The notes below the pieces were generated by a model that saw only the letters and a list, made by a program, of their open reading frames with translations, made no database searches and had not been told where the DNA came from. Shown piece after piece: positions 50,268 to 62,244 of a stretch of DNA of 64,000 nt. The translations under genes and the position numbers were made by a program. Within the stretch, counting starts at the first letter, position 1, and each line of letters begins with the position of its first letter. The DNA comes from Pseudogymnoascus verrucosus. Lineage: Eukaryota. The DNA lies in assembly GCA_001662655.1 (NCBI GenBank), contig KV460216.1; one strand, written 5' to 3'.

Positions 50268-52317
50268 ATGTTCATCGATCAGCCGCGTCTGTCGCGGCGT
50301 GAGATGAAGGGAACCCAGCTGGGTCAGATTGTAGGTTTTCCCCCAGACCCCTACTTTAAGACAATCCCGGCATGATTCTACACTCGAATACCCTCATTCT
50401 CCTGCTACCAAAGGCACTACCTTCACTGCCCTCAATTTTATCCATCCCCGTCACCCTCCCTCAGAGAATACACAGCTGACATCCCCCAAGATAGCAGGCT
50501 CAATCATACTCGCCCTCGCTGCCAGCATAATCGCCTACTACTCCCTCCGCAGTTTCCGCCGCAACCATTCCAAACCAACATACCTACCAACCGCCTACCT
50601 CAAACGCAAATGGATACACTGGGACGTCCCCCAATACCGCATGTCCCGCACCGATGCCACCCACCTCGAACCCATCTCCAGCAACAGCACCGCAGGCCCC
50701 AACCGAGGTCAACCCCCCTCCACAGGCGACAGCAGCGCCATCCTGTCCGCCCCCTTCAACTTCGGCGTAAATTCCACCTCCAATCCTAATGCGGCGCCCT
50801 CGAGCGCCTCGGCAATTGACCGCAACACCTCCGTGCGGTCCATCGCCACCCTCCCCGAATACGCCTTCTACCCCAAGTCGACGGAGCAAGTGCTCGGCCG
50901 CGCCGGCGAGCGCGACGGCATAGACACCGTCGTCAAGTTCCCTGACATCGCCGAGGCGGCCGAGGAAGAGCGCCGCGAAGATGAAATGGAAGCACTGTAC
51001 CAGGTCCGCCTCGCACGACGCAACGAGATCGCTGCTCGCGAGGAAAGGCGGCGGTTGAGACGCGAGGCCCGCGACCGCGGCGACCTCGATGCTCTTGCTG
51101 AGCTGAGGACCAGAGGGCGCGCAGAAAGCAACACTAACCTCGATGCCCTCCGCGCGGAGCACTCGCGGCTACGTGAGCGCGAGCGTGCTGTCAGCCAAGT
51201 CTCATACGAAGGCCTAGGCGTAGCCCACCTCGACGGCTCACGCGTTCGCGCCAACTCCGAGGAATCCGAGCGTCCCCTCCTCGGAGACGCGGGCGATATG
51301 GGTGGTGGTGGACGCGCAAGCATGGGCAGTTTCTCGACCTTCGACAACACCACCCGCTACAGCGAACGCTACAGCGAAGACGACCCCGGCCGCCCACCAA
51401 TGTACGACGAGATTTCCCTCGGAGCCGGCCGCGACGTCCCACCAGGATACATGCCCAGCGCGCACGCCAGTGGGGGAAACAGTCCACGCACGCGCCCAGA
51501 TCTCTCACTCGGCTCGCACCCAGTCACTGAACTCGATCTCGGCCTTGGCATCTCACCAGCCCCCATCATCGAGCGCCGCGCTAGTGCATCCCCACCCGTT
51601 CCCTTCCCCGATATCGAGGAAGGGTATGACACCGACGACGCCGCGGAGCTGAACAGACTGAACAGACTTAACAACGCCAGCGGTAGCGGCGCGAGTAGTT
51701 CCGGTGCCGCCGCAAACGCATCGAACTCCCGCCGCGCATCAGCTACGTTTATCGATCCCGTCGCACAGCGCCGCCTCTCTCCCAGCCCAGGCCGTCGCGT
51801 CTCTCCGCCTCGGCACATCCAGCTCCCGCGCGCGGCGTCGTTTCCCGTCGTCGCTTCGTCGGAGGGGGGATTAACACCTCCTTCGCAATCACCTTCGCCC
51901 ACACCACACGGCGCTGCTCCAGGCGGAGGGGCATCTGGTGGTTCTAGCGGTTCTGGTAGCGCGAGTGGAGACCCAGCGCCCCGTCGTATGTCGACGCTTG
52001 CGCGGAGGAGGATCTCGGTGAATGATTTGATGGGCACAGTTGGTCGTGCGGCAGAGGATGTGATACCCCAGAAGACGACGTATGTGTTGCATACACCCCC
52101 GATACCGTCTACCACCCCACCGCTGGGTGAGAGGAGGAGGAGTTCGTTTATGGGACTCCCGCGCCTGGGCGGTGGGGGTGGGGGGAATGCAGGACAGGTG
52201 CAGGGGGGGTTGGGGGTGGGACCTAGTATTGTTGTTGAGAGCGCTACGCCTGTTGTTGGACCTGGAGGGAGGGGGAGGGGGGCGTTGGGGTGGGAGAATG
52301 AGAGGGCTGGTGGGTGA
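50268..52317 (+). CDS. Conserved fungal hypothetical protein with N-terminal TM helix (intron 50331-50490)
   Basis: Spliced frame gives the TM IAGSIILALAASIIAYYSL, then PTYLPTAYLKRKW, DRNTSVRSIATLPEY, EQVLGRAGERDGID, REDEMEALYQVR; disordered tail. Confidence 0.8.
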
Positions 52318-52837
52318 AGAGGGGATGGAGAAGGGGAGGTTGGTTGGGTGTGGATTTAGCGGGTGAATATGGGGCGGGCGTTTTTGGTTCTTTGCGGAAA
52401 CTTTTCGCGGTTTTTTTCTTGAAGGTTCTTTATATTGGCATATATTGCCGTTATCACTTACTAACTAACTCTTTCTTTTCGTTGTTTAATTTTTTGGGGG
52501 GGTAGATTATAGGGGGGGGGGGGGAGGGGTTGTATGAAAACAGAGACGACTATACAATAGGGGCGTACATTAGGGGTGTAGTGAGAGAAATCTGACATAA
52601 GATGAAGTTATATAACCTGCTGTGCTTCGTGAAACCGACGATGCGATTAGTGACACCTGGTGTTGCAGGGTTGCACGGTGAACAAGGGAGAGATGAGGTG
52701 ACATAGATGTTAAAACCCAAAAGAGTAAATTTGCTTTCAAAGAAAATATCACACTAAATTCAAATATCCCATCCCACCCGCTCTCCTCCCCAAACCACTA
52801 AACTACCACCAACCCCCCCCAACCAACACGACAACAC

Positions 52838-54079
52838 TTACCCATACTTCTTCTCAAACTTCTTCAAGAACCCCGTAACCCCCTTCTCCAACCTCACCGC
52901 ATTCTGCCCCAACTTACTCTTCTCCCCCTCCACCGGCTTCACCTTCCCCATCGCCTCCCCCTCCGTCGGCCTATACACCTGCTGATGCACACCATACTCC
53001 GCCTGTCCCTGCGCCGGCTGCCCGCCCTGCGCATACGAGTAATTCGCATACGCTAGCCCTGACGCCGCTGTGGCTGGCTGGGCAGCTGCTGGCGCGCTGC
53101 CGGGGTGGGGAGCTGAGGGGGGGGAGGTGGTAGGTGCGTATTGCCCGCCGGATGCGCTGGGGGGGCCGGGGAAGTAAACTGCCCCGCCCGGGGGTGGCGT
53201 GGGTTGGTATTGCTGCTGCTGCTGGTGATCGTGCGTCGCGGCATGGAGGGGGTTAGTCCCTGCATCTGGTGGCGGGGGTGTTTTCTCGCGGTGAGCGATT
53301 GCCTCGGGCGCAGCGGGGGCAGCGGGGTTATACGCTAGTGGCGCGAAGGACTGCGCTGCCTGCGGGGAGGTGGAGGCGGGTGGTGCGGTGGTGGGTGGAC
53401 CAGCGAAGGGGGGGGAGTGTTCCTGGATCGCGATGTTCTCAAGCTGTTGGACTATAGGGCTCATGGCTTGGGCGTGGGGTGGTGGGGGGAGGACAGCGCC
53501 GGCGATGGCGAGGTGGTTAGAGGGGAGGAGGCGCTGGAGGGTGGTGAGGAGGAGGGTGGCGTCGGCGGGGGTGTAGAGGTAGATGTCGATTGTGTGGAGG
53601 CGGTAGAGGTATTTGTTCTCATTTCGCGGGTCGTAGGTGGGGAGGCGGAAGTCGGTGGGGGAGGGGGGGGGGAGGGGGGGGAAGGCGTCGATAGTGATGG
53701 TGAGGAGGGTGGGGTGCTTGTGGTCGTAGGTTATGAGGACGTTGTCGAGGACTGGGATGGGTTAGTTGGCGGGGGTGTATGGAGGGGTTGGGGGGGGACT
53801 CACGGCCCTCGAAGGCGTCTTGGTCTGGTGTCCCTGCTGAATTGGCGACCTCGATACGTGCGCGTCGCTGGGAGGCATTCTCGTAGAGGTAGAGGTAGGA
53901 GCCTTTGTCGAAGCGGTGGTGAGGCGGCTTTGCAGTGGGCGGGCCGTAGAAGTAGTGGACGTCGGCGAAGCTGTGGTTTCTTGTCAGTATACAGCTTCTC
54001 TCTCTATAGATATGTAGGAAGATGCAGTGAAGCAAACTTACAGTGTCGCAGTGACTTCTTCGCCCGGATGAGCAGCCAT
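52838..54079 (-). CDS. Conserved fungal protein with Pro/Gln-rich C-terminus (introns ~53971-54040, 53752-53802)
   Basis: MAAHPGEEVTATL|FADVHYFY..KPPHHRFDKGSYLYL..IEVAN..DQDAFEG; C-terminal HQQVYRPTEGE, RLEKGVTGFLKKFEKKYG. Confidence 0.8.
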
Positions 54080-54454
54080 CGTGGCCTCTCTCCTCCTGCC
54101 AGCTGCTTACGGAGTGCGGGGTTCGCTCTCAGCTCGGCGCCTATGTGTATATGAAGCTGTGTCTATGACGCTGTAGCTGTACAGCTCAAGTGAATAACGT
54201 CGTGATCGCAAACAACGACCACAAACCTCATAAAACCGCAGAAAAAGAGAGAAACAGTGAGAGATATATAGGAAAGCAAGGGGAAGAACAGAAAAGACAA
54301 AGAGAAGTAAGGGAAGTACCACCTAACTGTAACTTAGCAGTGTGATACATGCTGCAGTGCGTGATCCCTCGGCGGCTGCTGGTCTTGGCATTTCCGATGG
54401 GGACCGTTCCTGTTGGCTATCGCGATAACAGGGGGACCAGGGGGGAAGTTGCCC

Positions 54455-54575
54455 GATAATTGATACCTAATATTTAAGGCAAACTCCGAAAGGATTGATA
54501 CCTGATATGTAAGGCAAACACGGAACGGAGCAAGGAGTTGACCGATAATACGACACCTAATATTTAAGGCAAACA
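54455..54575. promoter_or_regulatory. Three copies of a ~23-bp motif GATACCTAATATTTAAGGCAAAC in a divergent promoter
   Basis: Copies at 54462, 54497 (2 mismatches) and 54552 (1 mismatch), with unequal spacers. Confidence 0.75.
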
Positions 54576-54906
54576 CTGCGACCACCCATGCTCAAATAAT
54601 TTCTCGATTGGATAGACAAGAAGACGTGAAGCTCCAGTGAGGCCAATATATACAAATATATATCCCACGACCACAACTGCGCCCTCATCCACCGCGCGCT
54701 TCTCCACCTCGCCGCTCCCACGCTCAATTGAGCTCCACGCGCCCTCAGGTATTCCCTCCTCGTCCCCCCCGATCCCGCAACTCCCCCATCTAACTTCCTC
54801 CCCCAGAACCACTCCAAACCCCCCAACTGCGCACCACCACACCCGCCGCCCTCGCGGGCCAACGAATCTTCTCCCACACACCACCACCACCACCGCCAAC
54901 CTCACC

Positions 54907-55395
54907 ATGTCTCTCGTCAACCTCGCAAACGTGTGCTCGCACCTCCAAAACGCCAGCCGGGCACGCCTAGGCCTCACCTCCGTCCCCGCCTCGAACATGA
55001 TCCTCGGCCTCTCCCTCTCGCTCCAACAATCCGGGTTCCTCCGCTCCGTGACGCGAGGCGGCGCCCAACCCCCCCCCGTCGACGCGCTGAGCACCTACGT
55101 CCCCGAGCCGGTGACGCAGGAGAACGTAGCGAGCAGGCGGTTGTGGCTGGGTCTGAAGTACTGGAATAACGCGCCGGTGCTGAGTCAGATGGCGATGGTG
55201 AGTAAGCCGACTAAGAGGATTTATGTGGATGCGGTGGGGATTGCGAAGTTGGTGAGGGGGAGGGATGCGGGGACTGTGAGGGGGTTGAGGAAGCCGGGAG
55301 AGTGTATTTTTGTCAGTACTGATAGGGGGATTTTGGAGGCGAGGGAGTGTGCGGAGAGGAAGATTGGGGGGATGTTGTTGTGTAGGGTGTTATAA
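54907..55395 (+). CDS. MRPS8: Mitochondrial ribosomal protein uS8m
   Basis: MSLVNLANVCSHLQNASRARLGLTSVP, RRLWLGLKY, VSKPTKR, STDRGILEAREC..RKIGGMLLCRV. Confidence 0.95.
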   Translation: MSLVNLANVCSHLQNASRARLGLTSVPASNMILGLSLSLQQSGFLRSVTRGGAQPPPVDALSTYVPEPVTQENVASRRLWLGLKYWNNAPVLSQMAMVSKPTKRIYVDAVGIAKLVRGRDAGTVRGLRKPGECIFVSTDRGILEARECAERKIGGMLLCRVL

Positions 55396-55741
55396 GGGGG
55401 TGTTGTATGGAATATGGGGGTGGAAAATGGGGGATGGGGGGGGGGTGTATGATACGTGTAACTGCATTGCGCGGTGCTGGTGTGTATAAACCAATTTATT
55501 CTCTTTTACTTTTCGTTCATTGTGTCATTCCATGTCTTGTTCACTTTCACCCGCCGAATCGAGCTTCAGCGGATGCGTCGTCCATTCAGCGTCCGCAATC
55601 AAAAAATCCGACCAGTGATTCACCACTTCTTCTCCTTATATCGAGTCCAACTTCAACTCAGCTGGACGATTTCCTCCTCCACCTACTACCAACGCACCCT
55701 CATACCAGTCCTTTCTATACAACCCATGCAAACCAACAACC

Positions 55742-56674
55742 ATGGATTACAACGACTGGCTATACTTCTACTCACAGTTCTTCTGCCCCGACTGCGGCAG
55801 CTTCCACCCCCCCGACGACGGCGGCTACGGAGGCTACCCAGGACAGCAAGGAGGCTACCCCGGCCAACAAGGAGGTTACCCTGGCCCACAAGGAGGTTAT
55901 CCCGGACCCTAAGGCAGCGGAGGCTACCCCCCAGGCGTCGGCGGATACCCCCCTCAAAGCAACAACACCACCCCCCTCCCCGCCGGCCGCGGCGGCCCCC
56001 CCATCTACGGCCCCTCCACCGAAACCGCCGACGGCAACACCCCCGTCACCAGCGGTCTCGGCAGTCTCTCCTCTCCCCTCCCTCCCCTCCCCCCTCCCGG
56101 CCCCGGCCTCCTCACCCCTCTGGATCCATCCCAGACATTCTTTAATAACTCCTTACACGGCCACCTACCCGGGTCACGCACGCACCCGGCTGACGAGGGG
56201 TTTCCGAAGCGGCTGTATACGAGGGTGCCGGATGTGAGTTCCATGACTGCTGAGGAGCAGTCTGCGAGGGCTTTTGTGCTTACCGCTCTCGAAATGCTCA
56301 ACTGGCGCGCCTTCGGCGAAGACATGCATTCTCTCCTCACCCTCACCCCCTCCCCCCTCCCCCCCGCCCTAGCATCCCAAATCCGCTACCTCCTCTACTG
56401 CACAATCCCCCACCTCGAAGACGGAGGCGACGTCCCGCCGGGGGATTACTGTAAGATCCGCGCTGTGCTGGATAGGTGCGCAGAGGTTGGAGAGGTGTGG
56501 GGCGGGGCGCTGACGTGGGGGTTTGGGTTTGGGAAGGGGGGGGGGAGGGCGAGGGAGAGGGGGTGGTGGAGGACTGAGAGGGAGGGGTGGCCGGATGGGG
56601 GGGCGGTGAATTCGGGGGATATTTTGGGGGGTGGAGGCGAAATGGGGGGGTGGTGGTGGGAGGAAGTGCGGTGA
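55742..56674 (+). pseudogene. GGYPGQQ-repeat protein gene interrupted by in-frame TAA at 55910-55912
   Basis: One frame from ATG 55742 to TGA 56674, broken only by a TAA at a position where the repeat predicts CAA. Confidence 0.7.
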
Positions 56675-56837
56675 TTTTTTGGGGGGGGGAGATGGAGTGG
56701 AGGGCATAGTAAGGTTTTGTTTGTTTGTACGTCTAATTTAGCATATCGAGGATGCTGTGAACTCCTTCCGTCGCGCCTGGTTGTAGTGACAACTATATAC
56801 ATGCTCCAAGCCACCATCATCTATAAGCTACCAGCTA

Positions 56838-58155
56838 TCAATCCATCCCCTGAAACCCAATAACTCCATTCGGCGTCCCCCCCTCCCCCTTCGCACCTCC
56901 CTTCCCACCCTTCCTCCTCTTCTTCTGCGGCTTCTCCTCCTCACTATCACTGCTATCCTTCTCACTATCCTCCTCGCTGTCGCTATCACTCCCACTACTC
57001 CCCCCCTCTCCCTCCTTCTCCGCCCAAACCTTGACCACGTCTCCACCCCCCGAAATCAGACGGCCGTAGCAATCATATCCCACAGCGATGACACTCTCAA
57101 CCTCGTCGTGCCTCAACACATGCCTCACCCCCCTCCCCGTCAAATCCACAATCCTCACCTTCCCATCTCCGCATCCAACAACCACCTCCCTACTCCCCGG
57201 CACACGCGCCAACGCATCCAGACTCTCGCCCTCCGCCTTCCCACCAGGAACAACAACGACCCTCTCCCCCTGATCATCCCACACCCCCCTCTCCCATAAT
57301 GTAATCACGCCATTCCCACCGCCAACAACGACTTTCTCCCCACTTCCCCCCGCCCTGGTGGAAAACCCATCCACACTCAACGAACTTAGCAACTCCTCCT
57401 CCTGCTCCTCACTCTTCACCAACACGCCCCTCCTTAAATCCGTGACCGCCAATGTCCCTCCCCCCGTAGTAACCCACTGCTTCGCGAACCCGGAGGTACT
57501 CGCATCAGATGGCTTGAGCGGGGTGAGCGAGGAGATATAGTCGTCGTGAGGCCTGTGCGTCGCTGCTGGCTTGGCCGCGCCAAATGCGGACGAGGAGCGT
57601 AGGTCGAAGAGGTGAAGGGCGCTGGAGTCGGTGGCGAGGAGGAGGGTTTGCGGGGAGAGGGCGTGCAGGAGGGTGGGGTGGTCAGGGAGGTCGTTGTGTG
57701 TGGGGATACGGAGCTTGGAGGTTACGATGCCGGTGAGGGGGGAGAAGGCTTTGAGGAGGGTGTCGGTGCCTGCTGAGTAGAGGACTAAGAGCAGGAGAGT
57801 TAGTTTACGCTATAAGTGACAAGTAAGGTGGGGGAGAATGGGTGGGGGAGGACGTACCTTCACCGTCTGGACTGAAGCCTAGGGAGCGGCAGGAGCCTTT
57901 GTGGCGGCGGGTGCGCCATTGCGTTTCAATGTGGCTTTTGCCATTGGAAAGCGCAGAAAGCGTCGTAGTGTCCCCCTCATCATCATCATCATCGTCAGAC
58001 CCAGCATTGTCCTCCTCCTCCTCAGCCGGAAGTCGGAAAGCCTGAACGTGTCCGCTGGAGAGACCAACAGCGACAATAGGCTCAGACGGGTGGATGGCCT
58101 GGCAGAAGAGCTCGGAGCTGAGGGGGAGCTGGCAGAGATTCTCGTACAGCGACAT
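56838..58155 (-). CDS. JIP5: WD-repeat ribosome biogenesis protein (WDR55 family; intron 57785-57857)
   Basis: [59 protein letters not shown], acidic/basic tail ending FQGMD. Confidence 0.9.
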
Positions 58156-58814
58156 CTTTGCGATTGGGGGACCGCTGGGCGGAGACGGTGGATTGGTCCT
58201 TGGTGATAGTGGGGAGTGTTGGTGAGGGTTTGAGTGGTTGGGGTTCGGGGGGGAGGTTTTGGAGATCTTTTTGGCGGCAGAATTGGTCTCACCGCTTTTG
58301 GGTGGGCGAGGCTGGGAATTATTTTTCTCTTGGCGTTGACGACAATCTCTGAAATGCGCGAAGGGTCCTATTTTGCAGTTTGGGCGTGAAATGTGTAGAT
58401 ATCTCTGGGTTATTATGGTAGGGTCTTCATGAAAGATGGAGTCAGGCTGAGGATGATCTATATGAAAGGTCGGGTACTCAAACAAAGAGAATTCCAATGG
58501 CTCGTACAAAAATTTCACATGATCGGTTATCACATTCTTCCAGTCAGATATTTTCAACATGTGGTTACGAGCATTCTATGGAATAAACAGCTATGCACAT
58601 CCCAGAAACATAACAGTAACAGTCCATGGAACCAGCCGTGTCCAGGGAAATCTCCCAATGAACGTAACCATCACTCCAAGTTGAACTTCCACCAGATAAA
58701 CACAACCATAGTCAAACCGAAACTTCCCAGTCTCACCATACTTCCTCACAAACAGCTAATTCTTCCTCACAACCAAGCATCAAGCCCAGCCTGCAATGAA
58801 AAAAGAAGACAAAA

Positions 58815-59169
58815 GCCTGTCAGACATCCATCACCACCCACCCAATCCACGCGCCCGAAGGCAGACCGCAAGACCGGGACAAGATCATCACCACTCTCTA
58901 ATACAGCCGCCTCTTGCGAGAACAACCGCCACGCTTGCGCGCAGAGCGAGAGTATAAGGTATCACTCTTGGGCAGTGAGGAGATAAGTCATCAACCAGGT
59001 TGGAATCTGTGGCTTTCGTGAGAAACACAGTATGGGGATGTTTACTAAAGAAAATGATTCCATCTGGTGAAGGTGTTAGCTGGTGTTCAGATATAATCTG
59101 TTTGACTGGCAACTCTTGTGTGAGTGAAGTCGGAGCTGGGAGGGTAGACTCACGAAGTAAAATCGACAT
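58815..59169 (-). ncRNA. U3: U3 snoRNA with spliceosomal intron (59064-59153)
   Basis: Minus strand: exon 1 ATGTCGATTTTACTTC (GAC/A' boxes), GTGAGT..GCTAAC..CAG intron, box A GGAATCATTT, hinge GCCACAGATTCCAACCTGG, box C' TGATGA, box B AGAGTGA, box C GTGATGA, box D CTGA closed by a CCTG/CAGG stem; TATA-like GATATATAA ~40 bp upstream. Confidence 0.93.
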
Positions 59170-59753
59170 GAAAAGAAAAGAAGAGAATTTGGGGGGGAAA
59201 GGGAGTTTATATATCTTTTCTCGCGTCGCGCTAGTCGGGGTAGGCGAGGCTGGCGCATTTTCCAGATTGAGAAAATTTCGGGGTTGACTTGGTGATTGAT
59301 GGAGCAAACTGTGCAAACGCTGCAAACTTAGAGCAAACTGTGGAAATGGGAAATGGGCAAGCGGACAAACGGGGCAAACTATACGGAGAATGATCATAAG
59401 TAAGAATAAAGGGTCATAAGGGTTCATAAGGTAGGTACAAGTGGATCGAGAGCGCAGAAAAAAGAGTGAGAATGAAATGACGAGGTGGATATTGTTATAT
59501 GAGGAATCAATCAGTAGAAAAAGTGAAACTAGAAAAATGGGATTCTCTCGTTGCACAGACAAGCCAGAAAAGTTCAAATCAAATCAAATCAAATCATTCA
59601 TTCGATCCTGAAATCCAGACTCAGCCGTCGTCTCTATCTAATACATCCAAATAAACGCCAGCATGGTATCATCCCTTCCCTCCCTCGATCAATATAATCG
59701 GCCGTTAAATCACCCCAAATGTACTCCCACCATTCCCCCTTCCCTCCCCTGGC

Positions 59754-60439
59754 TTAAACATAAGCCCTGCTTCCCTCCCCACTCCTCCTGCTGCCCCTGC
59801 TACCCCTGCTTCCCCTCCTCGACCTATGCCCATGCCTGCTCCCATGGCTCTCCCTCTTCACCACCACCACCTCCTCCTTATGCCCCCCATGCATAAACGC
59901 CAACATACTCGTAAAGAAAAAGAACAAACAATTCATAATCGACAGCGCCCAGCTCGCCTTAAGCATCGCACACGTCTTACTCAACGGAATCCCATACCCC
60001 CCAAACCTCACGCTCCCCAGGAGCGCAAAGCTCGCCGTATACGAAGTCGTCGAGGTCAGCCCGGTACAGTTATCCCCGGAGATGCCGCGGAGGGTGTAGA
60101 TCCCCCCGATGAAGGCGCCGACGAAGGCGAGGTCGACGAGCGCGACGAAGCGGGCGTTGTTCTTGGAGCGGTGGTAGGTGAAGAGCGTGCCGATGGCCCA
60201 GACGACGGCGAGGACCACGACGATGAAGAGGACGAGGATGGCGTCGGGGGTGAGGGCGTTGGCGGTTACGTAGAGGTGGATGAACCAGGATAGCATGCCT
60301 ACTGCTGGGATCTGGGGGGGGATGTTAGCTAGTTGTTCGAGGAGGAGGTGGGTAGTATGTATGGAGGCAGCAAGGGAGGACGTACGAGGGTGAAGATCTG
60401 GGAGAAGCGCCAGAAGGCGAAGAAGAGTCCGAAGAGCAT
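59754..60439 (-). CDS. MARVEL-like four-TM membrane protein (intron 60312-60385)
   Basis: MLFGLFFAFWRFSQIFTL|IPAVGMLSWF..TPDAILVLFIV..DLAFVGAFI..LRGI..C..KTCAMLKASWAL. Confidence 0.85.
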
Positions 60440-61423
60440 TGTGAGTGGTTTGTAGATGTGAAAGAGGGTGGTGTGTTGGTGATCGGAATGATCGGAAGTG
60501 ATGTTGTCGAGGTCGCAGTGCAGGTGTTTGCGACGACGGATCAGGCGCCTTCTTGTCGCGCTTGGCTCACCGCCTAGGTATACTGAAAAGGACGAATGAA
60601 GCCTTCAGTCTATTTGTGGTGTCGAGTTTGTATTGTACTCGTTGTTGCGTCGATAGACTCTCAAACCGGTATTCTCACTTCGCAGCCTCGCAGTAGTGTT
60701 GAGTTACTGATAAGACAACTTCACGATGCGACAGCAATGAGAGACAGTGTATAAAATATCTCGAGCGATAGATTTATGAAGAGAATAGATAAGTGAAGGT
60801 AGTACAGGAAAGATAGAAGAAGAAGTAGAAGAGTAGGAAGAGGGAATAAAAGCTGCAGGTCGAACGAGCCACTTACATATGTCGCTCCCCGCCATCTTTT
60901 TCTTGTTGCAACCTTGGCTGGTTGGCGAGGATTTGGGGATGGGGATTTGCCAGGGAAAATGGGAAAATGGAGGGGTTGGCGGGGGATTTGGGGGTGGTTG
61001 GGGGTAGTGGAGCCAGGGGTTTTAGGGGATTAGCGAACACGCGAATATTACCAGCTGGCTCTAACTTTTCGAGGGGACGGATATTTATCTTTATATTATT
61101 TATATTATCTATATTATATTGTATATATTTATTACTACGGTATACATTAATATATAATCGATATATAATTGTTGTATTATTAGCGAGATGCTTCCACGTG
61201 GATGAAATGCGGGATTTCATCTCTAAGCCAGGTATAATCAATCACGTGATATCGAGTTTAATAAACCACGTGACCATAATTATAACAACTGGCAATGTGA
61301 CACCAACAATCCCCTCATCCAACGTTCACAAACTACATAACAAATAAACATATTCAAAAGTCCAGGTTCGTCTCTTAATCCACAAAAAACCTGTCCATAT
61401 TAAAACAAACAAACCCCTCCCTC

Positions 61424-61948
61424 ATGGCCACGGCATCCACCTCCACGACCACCCCAACCTCACCCCCTACCAACCCCCTCCTCCACCTCGAACCCCAAAC
61501 CCTCTACCTCCTCCTCTCCCGCCAACAAGTCTCCCTAAAATGGCACTGGTCGCTCTACATCCACGTCTCCCTCGCCTCCGGCGGCTACACGCAACACATC
61601 ACGCGCGCCGACTCCCTCTGGATCCTCGACGCCCGCCGCACCCCTGACGCGAGCTACAACGCTGACATCGTGTGCGCGCTCGCGCTGACGTGGGTCGAGG
61701 CTGAGCTGGAGGATGCGCTCAAAGAGAGGGTGAGGCAGGTGCCGTTGGAGGATACGGAGAGGTGGGGTGGGCTGACGTGTCGGACGTGGGTGTTGAGGGT
61801 GTTGGAGGAGTTGGATGCGGAGGGGTGGATCTCGGTGAGGGTGGGGAGTACGGTGGAGGATGTGGAAGCGGAGGCGAAGGATGGGGCGGCGGCGGCGGCG
61901 GAGGGGGAGGGGGATAGGGTGTTGAGGAGTAAGCATGTTATTCTTTGA
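61424..61948 (+). CDS. Conserved fungal hypothetical protein
   Basis: Intronless 174 aa; LYLLL..WHWSLY..GYTQHIT..VRQVP..LTCRTWVLRVLEEL, a small fungal protein family pattern. Confidence 0.75.
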   Translation: MATASTSTTTPTSPPTNPLLHLEPQTLYLLLSRQQVSLKWHWSLYIHVSLASGGYTQHITRADSLWILDARRTPDASYNADIVCALALTWVEAELEDALKERVRQVPLEDTERWGGLTCRTWVLRVLEELDAEGWISVRVGSTVEDVEAEAKDGAAAAAEGEGDRVLRSKHVIL

Positions 61949-61964
61949 GTGGGTGGGGGAGGGG

Positions 61965-62057
61965 AGGGAGTAAGGCGTAGGGAGTAAGGCGTAGGGAGTA
62001 AGGGGTAGGGAGTAAGGCGTAGGGAGTAAGGGGTAGGGAGTAAGGGGTAGGGAGTAA
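61965..62057. repeat. 14-bp minisatellite AGGGAGTAAGG(C/G)GT, ~6.6 copies
   Basis: Units at 61965, 61979, 61993, 62007, 62021, 62035 and a partial unit at 62049. Confidence 0.95.
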
Positions 62058-62244
62058 TGGGTTGATCACGGCTGAGGTTTTGCTATGGCAGGATTATGGC
62101 GGATATGATTTTATGACTATGACATGACACTACAATGAAAGTTTCCGAACCGCTTCTCCATTATCCAACTCCAAGCGCTAAACTCCCTCTCGCTCACCCC
62201 TGAATTAAAAAGTTACCCCCCTCATGTCCAACTCCACATTAAAC

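Noticed and set aside
33847..52115. Many long antisense or alternate-frame ORFs (e.g. 33847-34590, 40079-40753, 46815-47609, 51369-52115)
   Set aside because: Shadows of GC-rich, codon-biased genes on the other strand.
58429..59577. ORFs of 229, 185 and 95 aa
   Set aside because: They overlap the U3 snoRNA, its intron and its promoter, and have no protein-like motifs.
61081..61275. Point centromere (CDEI plus AT-rich CDEII)
   Set aside because: Point centromeres are restricted to budding yeasts; no CDEIII seen and the region is gene-dense.
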